Shown: piece after piece, positions 62,610-64,000 of the stretch | Layout: each line of letters starts with the position of its first letter | Numbering within the stretch: position 1 is the stretch's first letter | NCBI GenBank assembly: GCA_000165425.1 | Contig: CT868011.1 | Location: forward strand, 124,001-188,000 | Direction of reading: 5' to 3' | DNA: 64,000 bases | From: Paramecium tetraurelia | Taxonomy: Eukaryota | Program-made: the position numbers and the translations under genes | Notes under the pieces: generated by a model | The model's input: only the letters and a program-made list of their open reading frames with translations | The model's database searches: none | Told to the model about the DNA's origin: nothing

Positions 62610-64000
62610 ATGGATAGACATGGAATAGACATGATTTATAAGACTGATTCTTCAAGATTGATGACAATGAGAAATAACACTGAAACCTTAAGCAATATAT
62701 TATGGTTAATATTAGTCATCAACAATGCGGGATTTGAGAGTCGGCCAGGATTAGGGTTATAATTAATTGAATAGCAAATCCCAGAGAGTTGTGCTGATGA
62801 AGACAATGAGTTGTATGCTTCAGAAAATTCATCGGTTTCAAATCAAAGTGGACATCCAAGTAGAAGGGAATCAAAACTCGAGTCCATTAGTAAAGTGATG
62901 AAGGAAACCCAAAAGATTTAATCGGATGATCTTCATTAACCCATTGGAGGCTGGGATAACAAAATATGGTAAAAAGGAGCATTAAGAATTATGACTTACG
63001 TTATTAGATTTGTGATGGCATTATTAATCAACTCTGAGAAGTTCAAATTTACCTTCATGAAAAAAAGGTAATTCTATGCCATAAATGATTAATCAGCCGT
63101 ATTTGATTATTATGAAGAGCGATTTTTAATACGAGGCAAAAAGAAGCTCAGCTATTCAGTATTTATATAAAATTTATAAAGTAAATGCTTAAATTAAGGA
63201 TTCAAAATAATTGCTTATATTAGTCTTGCCATATATTTTTGTAATATTTTGTTTACAAGATCATCTTTATTATAGTACCAACTAGCACACCTAAGCTAAT
63301 ATGGGATGTGTTCCTATTGATAATTTTATCAATTCAAATGGTCTTTGTGCCATTAAAGATTTGTTTTTAAATGGACGTTTCATAAGAGTTGTTGCAGTTT
63401 TTTTTATTCACACTGCCACTCTATGTCTACTTGATAGAAATCTTATTGAATTTTTTGACAGGATTTTATGAACATGGAGTATTGGTAATAGATTAGAAAC
63501 AAATTGCTTTGCATTATTTAAAGTCTACATTTTGCTATGATTTATTGAGTGTGATGCCTTAGTTTATAAGTGTTATAAGCAATGAATCTCAAATTTTTGA
63601 GATCCTATTATTAATACGCTTGAAAAGATTGATATTGTTGGCAGACACTCTAGAAGAGACTTTAAATTTAAGATAAAATTATTAAACATTTATAGATGTG
63701 GTTCGTTTGTTGATACAGTTTCTGTTTTTGTCTCACCTATTTGGTTGTGTTTGGCATTACATAGGAGTCTTAGAAGAAGAATTTGGGTATTATTGTTTTA
63801 GATATATTGATTTAAGATATGATCAGAATTGGATCAAGTAGAAAAACATAGACGGAGAGTCCTGGTTCGTGAGATATGTTTTCTCGATATACTGGAGTTC
63901 GATTACCACATTAACCATTGGATATGGAGATGTCATACCAGTTAGTTCTGTTGAAAGAATGTTTGTCGTAATAGTGGCTGTAGTAAGCAGTGTGGTGTTT
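62610..64000 (+). CDS. EAG/KCNH-like (cyclic-nucleotide-binding type) K+ channel; 3' part runs off the window
   Basis: S1-S5 helices (KLIWDVFLL..., FLSHLFGCVWHYIG) and pore YVFSIYWSSITTLTIGYGDVIPVSSVERMF. Confidence 0.93.

Overview
This is gene-dense, very AT-rich ciliate macronuclear DNA, almost certainly Paramecium (aurelia type). Genes read through only if TAA/TAG encode Gln and TGA is the sole stop, and they carry 21-30 nt GT..AG introns. The supplied standard-code ORF track is therefore fragmentary and partly misleading. Re-translating by hand with code 6 gives about 27 genes. These include an LRR/coiled-coil protein, a PCD-like protein, a C2-XYPPX protein, LSG1, Rab1, a vacuolar sorting receptor, a TTLL, a MORN protein, an S1/P1 nuclease, a PAS multipass membrane protein, a trichocyst matrix protein, SHMT, a tandem-PX protein, a CHD remodeler, PKA-R, an ABCC transporter, GDH, a Ser/Thr kinase and an EAG-like K+ channel. 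The most notable observations are: (i) a 3.7-kb WWE/ADP-ribosyltransferase-like gene, missed by the ORF track, that lacks the catalytic His and is broken by frameshifts; (ii) a small stand-alone RPA32/Stn1-like OB-fold gene with no winged helix; (iii) a CHD ATPase with a bromodomain inside its second chromodomain and a 77-nt intron that equals a 21-nt intron plus a 56-bp insert bounded by a direct repeat; (iv) a small dually acylated protein with GILK and KKVSF PP1-docking motifs; (v) divergent start codons only 22 bp apart; (vi) recurrent homopolymer-type single-base frameshifts, probably assembly errors. All protein calls come from manual motif recognition, not database searches.
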